Below are positions 38,889 through 48,011 of a stretch of 64,000 nucleotides of DNA, piece by piece. This DNA is from an uncultured Planctomycetota bacterium (GTDB lineage Bacteria > JAJVIF01 > JAPKYR01): positions 29,230-93,229 of the forward strand of contig CAYGZQ010000007.1 of the NCBI GenBank assembly GCA_964354375.1. Reading direction: 5' to 3'. The position numbers and the translations under genes were made by a program. The notes below the pieces were generated by a model. That model saw only the letters and a program-made list of their open reading frames with translations. It searched no databases and was not told the DNA's origin. Every line of letters starts with the position of its first letter. Within the stretch, counting starts at the first letter, position 1.

Positions 38889-39290
38889 CTATTCCATTCC
38901 GATCTCTTCCAGGGAAGTGACCGGCACCGGGATTTCATCCTCGATTACGGCCTCGATCTCGTTACCCGGCCCGAGAACAACGGTTCTGGGACGGGCTGTC
39001 TCGCCCCCCTTGAAGTAGGCGAAAGCCATGATCAGGCAGACATCGCCCGGCTTCGCGAGATGCGCCGCGCCGCCGTTCATGCCTATCACTCTCGATCCCG
39101 ACGGCGCCTCGATCGCATAGCTTTCGAAACGCGCGGGTTTCGTAAGGTTCACGATGAGAACCTTTTCGTACGGCAGTATCCCGGCGGCATCGAGAAGGTC
39201 GCGCGCGATCGAGACGGACCCGATGTACTCCACATCGGATCGGGTTACCGTCGCGTGATGCAATTTTCCCAGAAGAAACTGTCTGAACAT
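38889..39290 (-). CDS. panD: Aspartate 1-decarboxylase.
   Basis: GKLHHATVT...EYIGSVSI carries the pyruvoyl Gly-Ser processing site, and ...SYAIEAPSGSRVIGMNGGAAHLAKPGDVCLIMAF follows. A GGAGGGG RBS precedes the internal ATG at 39290. The track ORF is N-extended. Confidence 0.85.
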   Translation of the reverse strand: MFRQFLLGKLHHATVTRSDVEYIGSVSIARDLLDAAGILPYEKVLIVNLTKPARFESYAIEAPSGSRVIGMNGGAAHLAKPGDVCLIMAFAYFKGGETARPRTVVLGPGNEIEAVIEDEIPVPVTSLEEIGME

Positions 39291-39292
39291 CT

Positions 39293-40177
39293 TCACCCCT
39301 CCTTGTCGGGGTTCATAACGGTGTTGTCGATCAGTCGTGTATTTCCGATGAACACCGCAAGCGCCAGAACCGCCGGCTTCTCGATCACATCGATCTCTGC
39401 AAGGTTCTCCGCATCGCGGCATTCCACGTAGTCTATCCGTGCGCTTGAGACCGGCTCAATGACCTCGCGGGCGACTCGCTCGATCGCCCTCGGGTCGCGC
39501 TCTCGGGCCTCGAACGCCTTTTCCGCAGCGTCAAGAGCTTTTCTCAGGCACCCGGCGGAGGGAAGCTCCTCGGCGCTCAGGTAAGCGTTCCTGGAGCTCA
39601 TCGCAAGCCCCCTCGGCTCGCGCACGATCGGGCAGCCGACGATCTCCACGGGAAAATCAAGGTCCCTTACCATCCTCTTGATAACCAGCAACTGCTGGAA
39701 ATCCTTCCAACCGAAATACGCCTTGTCCGGAAGGCAGGCGTTGAACAATTTCGCCACCACCGTCGCGACGCCTCGAAAGTGCGACGGCCTGCTCCTTCCG
39801 CACATGACTTTCGATATCGTCTCCTCGATCACGAACGTGCTCTGATCGTCGCGATACATCGCCTCGACTGTCGGGCAGTACGCCGCGGTCGCCCCGGCAT
39901 CTCTTGAGAGGCTGAGGTCCCGGTCCTCATTTCTCGGGTACCTGTTCAGGTCCTCGGCGGGCCCAAACTGGAGAGGGTTGACGAAAATCGTCACGACCGT
40001 CTCATCACATTCCTTCGCGCTCGCACGCATGAGCGACAGATGTCCCTCATGAAGCGCCCCCATGGTCGGGACGCAACCTATCGATTTTCCTTCGACGCGA
40101 CGTTCCCGCGCCCAGCTTTGCATCTCGACCGGGCTGCGGAAAACGGGGATCGGCGTATCTCCCCTCGCGTTCTTCAC
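39293..40177 (-). CDS. panC: Pantoate-beta-alanine ligase.
   Basis: GCVPTMGALHEGHLSLM is the HIGH-like motif. ...IVGCPIVREPRGLAMSSRN is also present. Confidence 0.85.
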   Translation of the reverse strand: MKNARGDTPIPVFRSPVEMQSWARERRVEGKSIGCVPTMGALHEGHLSLMRASAKECDETVVTIFVNPLQFGPAEDLNRYPRNEDRDLSLSRDAGATAAYCPTVEAMYRDDQSTFVIEETISKVMCGRSRPSHFRGVATVVAKLFNACLPDKAYFGWKDFQQLLVIKRMVRDLDFPVEIVGCPIVREPRGLAMSSRNAYLSAEELPSAGCLRKALDAAEKAFEARERDPRAIERVAREVIEPVSSARIDYVECRDAENLAEIDVIEKPAVLALAVFIGNTRLIDNTVMNPDKEG

Positions 40178-41049
40178 ACCGACTCCTTGCCGCCGGTCTG
40201 GTCGGCGATACCCTCGGCCAGCTTCCGGAAGACTTCATCGTCGACAGAGAACGATTCATCGTGGGACGGATACTCGCCCGTATGGACATCGTTGATGAAA
40301 TGCCTGACCGCTTCCGTGACCGTGTCCCCGAGGTGCGCGTATTTCCGCACGAATCTGGGCTGATATCCTGGAAGCAAGTCCATGATGTCGTGAAATACCA
40401 GAATCTGACCGTCAACGTCCGGACCGGCCCCGATTCCGATGGTGGGGATTGTCAGCTCGGCCGTCACCATTTTCGCAACTTCCTGGGGCACACATTCAAG
40501 CACGAGGGAGAACGCGCCCGCGGCCTCGACCCTCTTCGCTTCGGCCAGAAGCTCCTCTGCCGCTTTCCGTTTCTTCGCCTGGACCCGAAAACCACCGATC
40601 GCGTTGATCGACTGAGGAAGAAGTCCCAGATGCGCCATCACAGGCACTCCGGATGAAACCAGCCTCTCCATGAGCCCCAGAAGGCGTCCGGCGCCCTCGA
40701 ATTTCACCGCCTCGCATCCGCCCTCCTTGACCAGGCGGATCGCGTTTTCCATGGCCTGGTTTTCGTCGGCCTGGAAGCTCCCGAACGGCATGTCGCCCAC
40801 CAGGAGCGCATGCTTAAGCCCCCTCGCGACCATCCGCGTGTGGTAGATCACTTCGTCTAGTGTAACTGGAAGGGTGGTTTCGTGGCCCTGCACAACCATC
40901 CCCAGCGAATCGCCGACAAGTATGCCGTCGATTCCGGCCCGGTCGAGAAGCACCGCCGTGGGGTAGTCGTATGCCGTCAGCCAGACAGACTTCTCGCCCC
41001 GTTTCTTCATCGTCCGGATGGTCCGGACTGTGACTTTCTCGGTCGTCAT
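40174..41049 (-). CDS. panB: 3-methyl-2-oxobutanoate hydroxymethyltransferase.
   Basis: LTAYDYPTA, ILVGDSLGMVVQGHETTLPVT and AGAFSLVLECVP are present, with an AGGAGGATAG RBS. Confidence 0.9.
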   Translation of the reverse strand: MTTEKVTVRTIRTMKKRGEKSVWLTAYDYPTAVLLDRAGIDGILVGDSLGMVVQGHETTLPVTLDEVIYHTRMVARGLKHALLVGDMPFGSFQADENQAMENAIRLVKEGGCEAVKFEGAGRLLGLMERLVSSGVPVMAHLGLLPQSINAIGGFRVQAKKRKAAEELLAEAKRVEAAGAFSLVLECVPQEVAKMVTAELTIPTIGIGAGPDVDGQILVFHDIMDLLPGYQPRFVRKYAHLGDTVTEAVRHFINDVHTGEYPSHDESFSVDDEVFRKLAEGIADQTGGKESV

Positions 41050-41214
41050 CCTATCCTCCTTTCCCAGGTAGAATGGATGCCCCCTCTGTCGTCGGCCGCC
41101 GGACCCGCGCCGTGAAAAGAAAAACGCCCTTGCGATCCGGGCGGAAACGGTACAGACAATCCAGCTTCTGTGACTCCCCGTCTCGGTCGCGATGGATCCA
41201 AGCGGTCAACGAAT

Positions 41215-41781
41215 CTAATTTAACACACTATTCCAAAGTCGGCAAGACTCCGGGGGAAAATCCCGGGAATTTGCGACATTTTGCACAAGCCGCCCCTGAT
41301 GCGGCGTGAGCTTGTCCATCACGTCCACAAGCGGCATCACGACAAACGCCCGATCCTTCCACCTCCGATGCGGTATCGTCAGAACAGCGCTCTCACCGCC
41401 GGTTTCCCTGACGACCAGCTCGATCTCATCATTACCAAGAAAAATAATGTCGCAATCGAGAGTCCTGTTACCTTTGCCCGTCCTCGCTTCCTCAGATCTG
41501 TCCCTGCCGCACTTCTCTTCGATCTCGTGACACGTCCTGAGAAGCTCTTCGGGACCGAGAATAGTCTGAACGACGATGACCGCGTTCAGAAAATTGTCGT
41601 CGAAATTTTCCCCGACCGGCTCGGATTCGTAGACGCGGCTCCAGGCCAGCACTTCAACACCGTCGGCCAGCCTCCAGAGGTCAAGCCCACGCTGAAGATG
41701 TGTCAGGCGGTCGGCGATGTTCGATCCGAGGCCGATGACGGCACGCTTCCCCCTTGAGTATCGAGCAGAATCGACGGGCAT
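41215..41781 (-). CDS. folK: 2-amino-4-hydroxy-6-hydroxymethyldihydropteridine pyrophosphokinase.
   Basis: AVIGLGSNIADRL, ...YESEPVG... and ...RTLDCDIIFLGN... are HPPK motifs. Confidence 0.8.
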   Translation of the reverse strand: MPVDSARYSRGKRAVIGLGSNIADRLTHLQRGLDLWRLADGVEVLAWSRVYESEPVGENFDDNFLNAVIVVQTILGPEELLRTCHEIEEKCGRDRSEEARTGKGNRTLDCDIIFLGNDEIELVVRETGGESAVLTIPHRRWKDRAFVVMPLVDVMDKLTPHQGRLVQNVANSRDFPPESCRLWNSVLN

Positions 41782-41980
41782 GCGAAACAGGATAGTACAT
41801 ATGCAGCGTCAAGACGAGTCCCATCCGGAACAAGAGCCGACTGGAAAGTCGGCGGACCCGGAATGCAAAATCAACTGCCGGACGCACCCTTCGCAATCAT
41901 GGGTTTGGCGGAGATACTGGATAAGTGGTAGAATAAATTTTTTGCGGGCTGCACCCGGGGAAACCAAGGAATCGAGATTT

Positions 41981-43294
41981 ATGAGCAGTCGTATCGGCAT
42001 CCGGAGAGAAGACAAGAACGAGTGGGAGCGTCGCGTTCCCCTTATCCCTACCGACATCGCTACGCTTCAGAGCGAGTATGGGCTCCAATTCTCCCTCCAG
42101 CCGTTCGGCACTCGCGCCTACCATGACGGGGAGTACATAGCGGTCGGAGCGAAGATCGACGAGGCGCTTGAGGGCTGCCCGATCGTTCTGGGCATCAAGG
42201 AAATGCCGATCGATTTCTTCCTCGGGGACCTGACGTACATTTTTTTCGCCCATGTCATCAAGGGCCAGACCTACAACATGCCGATGCTGCGCAGGATTCT
42301 CGAGCTCGAGTGCAATCTCATCGACTATGAGAAGATAGTGGACGATACAGGCCGACGTCTCGTCTTCTTCGGAAACGAAGCCGGGCTTGCCGGGATGATC
42401 GATACCCTGTGGGCGCTGGGGCTGCGGTTGAAGATACAGGGGATCGAGAACCCGTTCCTCGGCGTCAGACAGGCGCTCGAGTATCCGCGACTGTCCGTAG
42501 CCGAGACCGCCCTCGAGAGCGTGGGCCGGGACATCGCGGAAAACGGGGTTCCGGAGGAAATCCATCCCCTGGTCATCGGGTTCGCGGGCTACGGAAACGT
42601 CTCGATCGGCGCGCAGACGATCCTCAACCATCTGCCCGTAATCGAGATCTCTCCAGAGGAGCTTCTGGAGCCCCCTGTGGGCCTTTTCGATTCCCGCAAC
42701 TTTATCTATAAGGTCGTCTTCAAAGAGCAGCACATGGTTGTCCCCAGAGACGCCGGTCAGCCTTTCGAGCTTCAGGACTACTACAAGAACCCCGACAAGT
42801 ACTCACCCGCTTTCGAGAAATACATCCCGCACCTCACGGTCCTGATGAACTGCATCTACTGGACAAAGCGATATCCACGCCTCCTGTCAAAGGGCTTCGC
42901 GGAGGATTTGTACCGTCAGGGCGTTCCCAAGCTGAAGGTCATTGGAGACATCTCGTGCGACGTCGAGGGTGCGATCGAGGTCACGCTCAGAAACACGAAC
43001 TCCGGGAACCCGATCTTTGTCTATGATGTCGATTCGAAACGAGCGATCGACGGCGTATCCGGCAACGGTCCGGTTGTGCTGGCCGTCGACAACCTGCCCT
43101 GCGAGCTTCCCAGGGAGGCAAGCGCACGATTCTCGACCACCCTCAGGGACTTCATCCCCAGCCTAGCCAACGCGGATTTCTCGGCACGCTTCGACTCTCT
43201 TGACCTGATCGCCCCTCTCAAACGCGCGCTGATCTGCTATCATGGCGGGCTCACGCCCGACTTCAAGTACATTTCCGATTTTCTTGCTCAGTAA
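41981..43294 (+). CDS. Saccharopine dehydrogenase (L-lysine-forming, LYS1/LKR type) with an AlaDH/PNT-like N-domain.
   Basis: The ATG at 41981 has an AAGGA RBS. The N-terminus is IGIRREDKNEWERRVPLIP and the dinucleotide fold is IGFAGYGNVSIG. Confidence 0.7.
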   Translation: MSSRIGIRREDKNEWERRVPLIPTDIATLQSEYGLQFSLQPFGTRAYHDGEYIAVGAKIDEALEGCPIVLGIKEMPIDFFLGDLTYIFFAHVIKGQTYNMPMLRRILELECNLIDYEKIVDDTGRRLVFFGNEAGLAGMIDTLWALGLRLKIQGIENPFLGVRQALEYPRLSVAETALESVGRDIAENGVPEEIHPLVIGFAGYGNVSIGAQTILNHLPVIEISPEELLEPPVGLFDSRNFIYKVVFKEQHMVVPRDAGQPFELQDYYKNPDKYSPAFEKYIPHLTVLMNCIYWTKRYPRLLSKGFAEDLYRQGVPKLKVIGDISCDVEGAIEVTLRNTNSGNPIFVYDVDSKRAIDGVSGNGPVVLAVDNLPCELPREASARFSTTLRDFIPSLANADFSARFDSLDLIAPLKRALICYHGGLTPDFKYISDFLAQ

Positions 43295-43324
43295 TTTTCG
43301 AATTTGTCCCCAAGGAGAGAGAAG

Positions 43325-44686
43325 ATGGCTCCCAAAGGTAATGAGACCAAACGAATACTATTGCTCGGCGCAGGGCTGGTCACTCGTCCGCTGGTTGAGT
43401 ATCTGCTTGCCATACCCGAGTTCCGGCTCACGATAGCCACTCGTACGGCATCCAAAGCTGACGCGCTTATCGGGGGAAACCCCCGCGGCTCTTCCGAGCA
43501 TTTCGATATCGAGAGGAATCCGGGAGCGATTGACGATCTGGTCGCGAGTCACGACCTGGTTATCAGCCTGCTTCCCGCCATGCATCATCCGACCGTGGCG
43601 AAGGCGGCGATCAGGCACGGGAAAACGATGGTCACCACCAGCTACGTCAGCCCCGCGATGAAAGAGCTCGATTCCGCCGCCAGGGACGCAGGCATCCTTA
43701 TCCTGAACGAGATCGGTCTCGATCCCGGCATCGACCACATGTCGGCGATGAAGATAATCCATGCGGTTGCAGACGGCGGGGGCAAGGTCACTTCGTTCCG
43801 ATCGTACTGCGGCGGACTTCCCGCTCCCGAGGCCAACACCAATCCCTGGGGATACAAGTTCTCGTGGAGTCCGCGAGGTGTCGTGCTCGCCGCAAGAAAC
43901 ACGGCGAAATATCTGGAGGACGGAAAAGTCGTGCAGATTCCCGGCGAGGATCTCTTCGACCATTTCCACATCGTCAAGCTGAACGAGCTCGACGACCCGT
44001 ACGAGGCCTACGCTAATCGCGACAGCATGCCTTACCTGGAGCTGTACGGCCTGAAGGACGCAAAGACGATGTATCGCGGCACGCTCCGCAACATCGGACA
44101 CTGCGTCACGTGGAAGAAGCTGGCGGACCTGGGACTTTTCAGCATCGATATAATGAAGGGTCTCGGCGGCCTGACCTATCGCGGCTTCATCGCCAGACTA
44201 GCCGGCGTTCCTGACGACGCGAATTTCGAGAAAGCGCTCACCCGGAAGCTGGGTCTCCCGGACGATCCTCCCGTTTTGGAGAAATGGCGATGGCTGGGTC
44301 TTCTTGACGAGACCCCGGTCCCTGCCGACGAATCGAGCCCCCTGGACATCCTTGTTGCCGCTTTCCTCGAGAAGCTTCAGTATGAGCCCGGCGAGCGAGA
44401 CATGGTGGCGCTCCATCACATTTTCATCGCCGAGTACCCGGGCAGAAAAGAGAAAATCACGTCGACCCTCATCGACTTCGGAATTCCCAACGGAGATACG
44501 TCCATGGCTCGGACAGTGGGACTCCCCGCAGCGGTCGCGACAAAGCTGGTGCTCCAGGGCAAGATCAATCTGACCGGCGTACACATCCCGGTGATTCCCG
44601 AGATATACAATCCGGTCCTCGACGAGCTGGAAGAGCTTGGCATCAAATTCACAGAGCGAACCACGCAAGAGAGCGGTCAGCCATGA
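43325..44686 (+). CDS. Saccharopine dehydrogenase (L-glutamate-forming, LYS9 type), also called saccharopine reductase.
   Basis: An AAGGAGAGAGAAG RBS precedes the start. ILLLGAGLVTRPLVEYL is a Rossmann fold, and the Sacchrp_dh C-terminal region follows (GLDPGIDHM, ...RNIGHCVTW...). Confidence 0.75.
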   Translation: MAPKGNETKRILLLGAGLVTRPLVEYLLAIPEFRLTIATRTASKADALIGGNPRGSSEHFDIERNPGAIDDLVASHDLVISLLPAMHHPTVAKAAIRHGKTMVTTSYVSPAMKELDSAARDAGILILNEIGLDPGIDHMSAMKIIHAVADGGGKVTSFRSYCGGLPAPEANTNPWGYKFSWSPRGVVLAARNTAKYLEDGKVVQIPGEDLFDHFHIVKLNELDDPYEAYANRDSMPYLELYGLKDAKTMYRGTLRNIGHCVTWKKLADLGLFSIDIMKGLGGLTYRGFIARLAGVPDDANFEKALTRKLGLPDDPPVLEKWRWLGLLDETPVPADESSPLDILVAAFLEKLQYEPGERDMVALHHIFIAEYPGRKEKITSTLIDFGIPNGDTSMARTVGLPAAVATKLVLQGKINLTGVHIPVIPEIYNPVLDELEELGIKFTERTTQESGQP

Positions 44687-45153
44687 CGAAGAAATCCCCG
44701 AAGAAAGCCGGACGCCTCAATCTGCTCCTTGTCAACGGTCCGTTGCTGGGGGCCTTAGGGAAGCGCTCGCCCGAGATCTACGGGACCGACACGCTCAAAG
44801 ATATCGAGTCCTGGATCGTGGCAAGAGCTGCGGAATTGGGCGCGGACGTGAAGTGCTTTCAGTCCGAGTCCGAGGGCGACATTCTGAAGTTCCTGCTGGA
44901 CAACGCCGATGCGGTCGACGGGGTGATCATCAATCCGGGCGCGTACGCGCACTATTCCATTGCCCTGAGAGATTGCCTGGAATACCTGCCTTGCCCGGTT
45001 GTCGAGGTGCACCTGACTAATCTCTACGGTCGTGAGCAATTCAGGCACGAGTCGGTGACCGGCGCGGTTTGCGACGGCGTGGTAATGGGTCTTGGAAAAC
45101 AGGGTTATCTTGCCGCCCTGATGTATCTGCTGAACAAGCTCCAAGAGAATTGA
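44683..45153 (+). CDS. aroQ: Type II 3-dehydroquinate dehydratase.
   Basis: LLLVNGPLLGALGKR, ...NPGAYAHYS... and ...HLTNLYGRE... are present. The ATG overlaps the upstream stop (ATGA). Confidence 0.85.
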   Translation: MTKKSPKKAGRLNLLLVNGPLLGALGKRSPEIYGTDTLKDIESWIVARAAELGADVKCFQSESEGDILKFLLDNADAVDGVIINPGAYAHYSIALRDCLEYLPCPVVEVHLTNLYGREQFRHESVTGAVCDGVVMGLGKQGYLAALMYLLNKLQEN

Positions 45154-45183
45154 AAGACACGCGGAAAATGTCTGCCCGGCCGC

Positions 45184-47961
45184 TCAGTCAGGAAGCCAGG
45201 TCAGCGGATCGGGCCCGCCATACGCACCCATGTCCGATCCGTCATGACCCGTCCCCTTGCAGGGCGAATCGGGCTGCAGGCGGTAATCGCCCATCGCGGG
45301 ATTGATGAACTTCGGGTTTTCGTAGGTGAAACCGGTGCCCTCGACGACCTCGTGGACCCCGGCATAGAACGCATGGCCGACATTGTAGGCGCACGAGTAA
45401 TCCACCGGCAGCTCCGAAGCCCACATGCCCAGGTATGCCCATCGCCAACCCATCATTCCGGCAGTCAGATCGGTCACTATAAGGTCGCGATAGATCACGC
45501 CGGACGGGTCGGTATTGAAATCAGTTGCCTCGAATGCATAAATCCACGCCGGCCCTTTGATTCCGCTGACCGTGTTGTGTTCAAGCGTCATGTTCTCGGC
45601 GTCATAGATGTCGATGCCCCACGTCCAGCCGGTATCGCCCAGGTTGTTGTTGATGTCGAAAACAAGGTTGTTCCTGACCGTCGAACCCTGGCAGTAGGAT
45701 ATTTCCACTGCAGATGTCCACTGGGTCTCGACAAAAGGTTCCGAGTATGTGATATGGCCTACGACATTCTTCGCCACCAGACCTGTGGCCCCCGCGTCTG
45801 CAACCGAAAGGACATACATCCCGCCGGGGGAGCCGTACGTGATGTTAAGCAGCACACAGTTCGTCACTGTTGCCCCCGTTCCGCTCACGTTGATGAAGCC
45901 ATTGGCCACCTTGTGATATCCGTTGACCCGAACGTCATTGACCACCACTCCATCGCCTCCCCATTGCCCCCCGACCGCATACTCGCAAGTGTTTCCGCCC
46001 GGATTGTCGATGAATTCGATGTCGTCCACTCGAAGGTCGTGGCCCATTCCGACATGAATCCCGTCCGGCGCAATGCCGTTTGACGGATCGTACAGGCACC
46101 TGGGCTGAGCTCTGAAATGCCTGACCGTGGCGTTCTGGACTGCATTGATGCGCACCATGTCCTCAGTCGAGCCCTCAGCGGTAGTCAGCAGCGGAGCCGG
46201 ATCGGACCAGCCTTCGACAACGATGTCCGAGAACGATATCTCTACGTTCTCCTCGTACACGCCGTCCTTCACAAGGACCCATCTCTGGCCGCAATCGTTG
46301 TTGGAGTTGTCGATGCCCTGCTGAATCGTGGGCCAGGGATGGTCGAAGCTGCCGTCCGCAGACAGTGGATCCGCGTCGTCATCGACCCATGTCGGTCCGC
46401 CTATCGAAAGGGTCAGCGGATCGTCCAGGGTATCCGTCAAGGCCTCATCATCGGTGACGCGGAGGTCCACCGTGTACGATCCCGAGTCTGCGAAAGCCTT
46501 TGACGGATTCACATCGGTACCTGAATCGTACGGATCGCCGTAGACACCATCACCATCGAAATCCCATTCATACTTCACGATGGTGCCGCCCGCAGGATCA
46601 TAGGACCCCGATCCGTCAAACTCGATCACGTCGCCCGGACAATGCGGCGGCGGAGTGACAATCTCGGCCACGGCAACGGGCGCATCCCCCTGCACTCCCG
46701 GACCCACGCTTACGGACGCGGCAAGATACGACGCGAGATTCCCGTCAGGAAACGCAAATCCGGGAATTCCGGAGTCATAGGTCGACGGAAATGCGCTCTC
46801 GATAACCACCAGCACCGGGACCTCCCCCTGCCCTGTCGGATCCACCTGGGGAACCTCCAGCAGGAAGGTCGCCGACTTCTCGTCCTGGCTCACCATGGCC
46901 GATTGAAGGGCCATGGGATCGAAGCTGGCAAGACCGCCGGTCGTGATAAGGCCGTCCGGCGTCTCGAGATGGATCGCGGCTATCTCCGCAAGCACTCCCG
47001 CGGGCTGCTGCGGACCCTGATGATCGAACACCCTCACCAGCAGCCTCATCGTGCCGCCCTTGTTGTTCGGGTCCGTGTAGAACATGTCCGACTGATCGGC
47101 TGCGCTGAAGGCGTACGCTTCGGCGCAGTTGGCTGACAACGGAAAATCATCCGGCACATCCACGGGCGGGTCCGGATCAGAAAGGTCCCAGCTCGCGATA
47201 ACGGCGTACTGGAAGCGGTACTTGGGCGAGCCGCCGATCATGGGGAACTGGAGCTCGAAACGTCGAGCCAGCGTATCGGCGCATCTGAACATCCCGCGCG
47301 GATTCGGGCATGCTGGGTCGCTGAAGAACCCGACCATGTCATCTTGAGCGCCGAGACCCTCGCAGTAACACTTGTATGGATTCAGGGTCGCCGAAAAATC
47401 CGTGCCGGGAAGCCCAAATGCGCCATTGGTGAAACCGAACATCTTCCCGTACGACGTGAATTCCATCGGGTTGAACCATCTTGTCATGCCGTCGGCATTC
47501 AGAAGCCGGACCGATTCCTCACCACCATACAGGATATTCGCGTCCGCGATTCCCGATATCGATCCGTTCGCGATCACCGCCCCACGGACATCGAAACCCG
47601 TGAACCTGTCAAGGCCCGGAAACGGATGACCGATCGTGACGTCAACGACCACGTAACCGGTCGCCCAGTCCGTCGACGAATCGACCGCTATCGAAATGAG
47701 ATTACTCGGCGCAACAGGCGGCTGGAGAAACCTCACCACATTGCATGTGAAATCGGCGCTTCGAAGCTGCGCAATCTCGGCCGTGCCCGAGACCGGATCG
47801 AGGAAGACGTCCCACACACCCCATAGGCCGGTCTTTCCCGACGCAGACGCTCGATCCGTTCCCGCAGTCGTCTGAGGCGAAATCGGATCGCCCCCGCCCG
47901 CGCAACCGAGCGCAACTGCTGCCAGCAAAGCCAGTCCCAGAAAAAGGACAATTCTCTTCAT
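45184..47961 (-). CDS. Giant lipoprotein, family member D: conserved N-module, a PKD domain and a right-handed beta-helix.
   Basis: The ATG at 47961 has a GGGAG RBS and the lipobox is ALGCAG. The N-module motifs are TGLWGVWDV, ADGMTRWFNP, SATLNPYKCYCEGLG, FQYAVIASW and VPDDFPLSAN. The PKD motif is GSGSYDPAGGTIVKYEWDFDGDG. Repetitive beta-helix turns follow (NCVLLNITYG...). Confidence 0.8.
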   Translation of the reverse strand: MKRIVLFLGLALLAAVALGCAGGGDPISPQTTAGTDRASASGKTGLWGVWDVFLDPVSGTAEIAQLRSADFTCNVVRFLQPPVAPSNLISIAVDSSTDWATGYVVVDVTIGHPFPGLDRFTGFDVRGAVIANGSISGIADANILYGGEESVRLLNADGMTRWFNPMEFTSYGKMFGFTNGAFGLPGTDFSATLNPYKCYCEGLGAQDDMVGFFSDPACPNPRGMFRCADTLARRFELQFPMIGGSPKYRFQYAVIASWDLSDPDPPVDVPDDFPLSANCAEAYAFSAADQSDMFYTDPNNKGGTMRLLVRVFDHQGPQQPAGVLAEIAAIHLETPDGLITTGGLASFDPMALQSAMVSQDEKSATFLLEVPQVDPTGQGEVPVLVVIESAFPSTYDSGIPGFAFPDGNLASYLAASVSVGPGVQGDAPVAVAEIVTPPPHCPGDVIEFDGSGSYDPAGGTIVKYEWDFDGDGVYGDPYDSGTDVNPSKAFADSGSYTVDLRVTDDEALTDTLDDPLTLSIGGPTWVDDDADPLSADGSFDHPWPTIQQGIDNSNNDCGQRWVLVKDGVYEENVEISFSDIVVEGWSDPAPLLTTAEGSTEDMVRINAVQNATVRHFRAQPRCLYDPSNGIAPDGIHVGMGHDLRVDDIEFIDNPGGNTCEYAVGGQWGGDGVVVNDVRVNGYHKVANGFINVSGTGATVTNCVLLNITYGSPGGMYVLSVADAGATGLVAKNVVGHITYSEPFVETQWTSAVEISYCQGSTVRNNLVFDINNNLGDTGWTWGIDIYDAENMTLEHNTVSGIKGPAWIYAFEATDFNTDPSGVIYRDLIVTDLTAGMMGWRWAYLGMWASELPVDYSCAYNVGHAFYAGVHEVVEGTGFTYENPKFINPAMGDYRLQPDSPCKGTGHDGSDMGAYGGPDPLTWLPD

Positions 47962-48011
47962 AACGGCAACTCCCATGACCCTGAATAGATAACCTGATGC
48001 AATATGGAGCA

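Noticed and set aside
38889-39422. 177-aa N-extended version of panD starting at 39422.
   Set aside because: A strong GGAGGGG RBS precedes the internal ATG at 39290. That start gives the canonical roughly 133-aa PanD beginning M-x-R-x-x-L-x-x-K-[LI]-H. The upstream extension is Arg/Cys-rich and overlaps panC.
41717-41980. 88-codon N-terminal extension of the LYS1-like gene that overlaps folK.
   Set aside because: An AAGGA RBS and the ATG at 41981 give the conserved AlaDH/PNT-type N-terminus (IGIRRE…). The extension has no homology and overlaps the folK start on the opposite strand.
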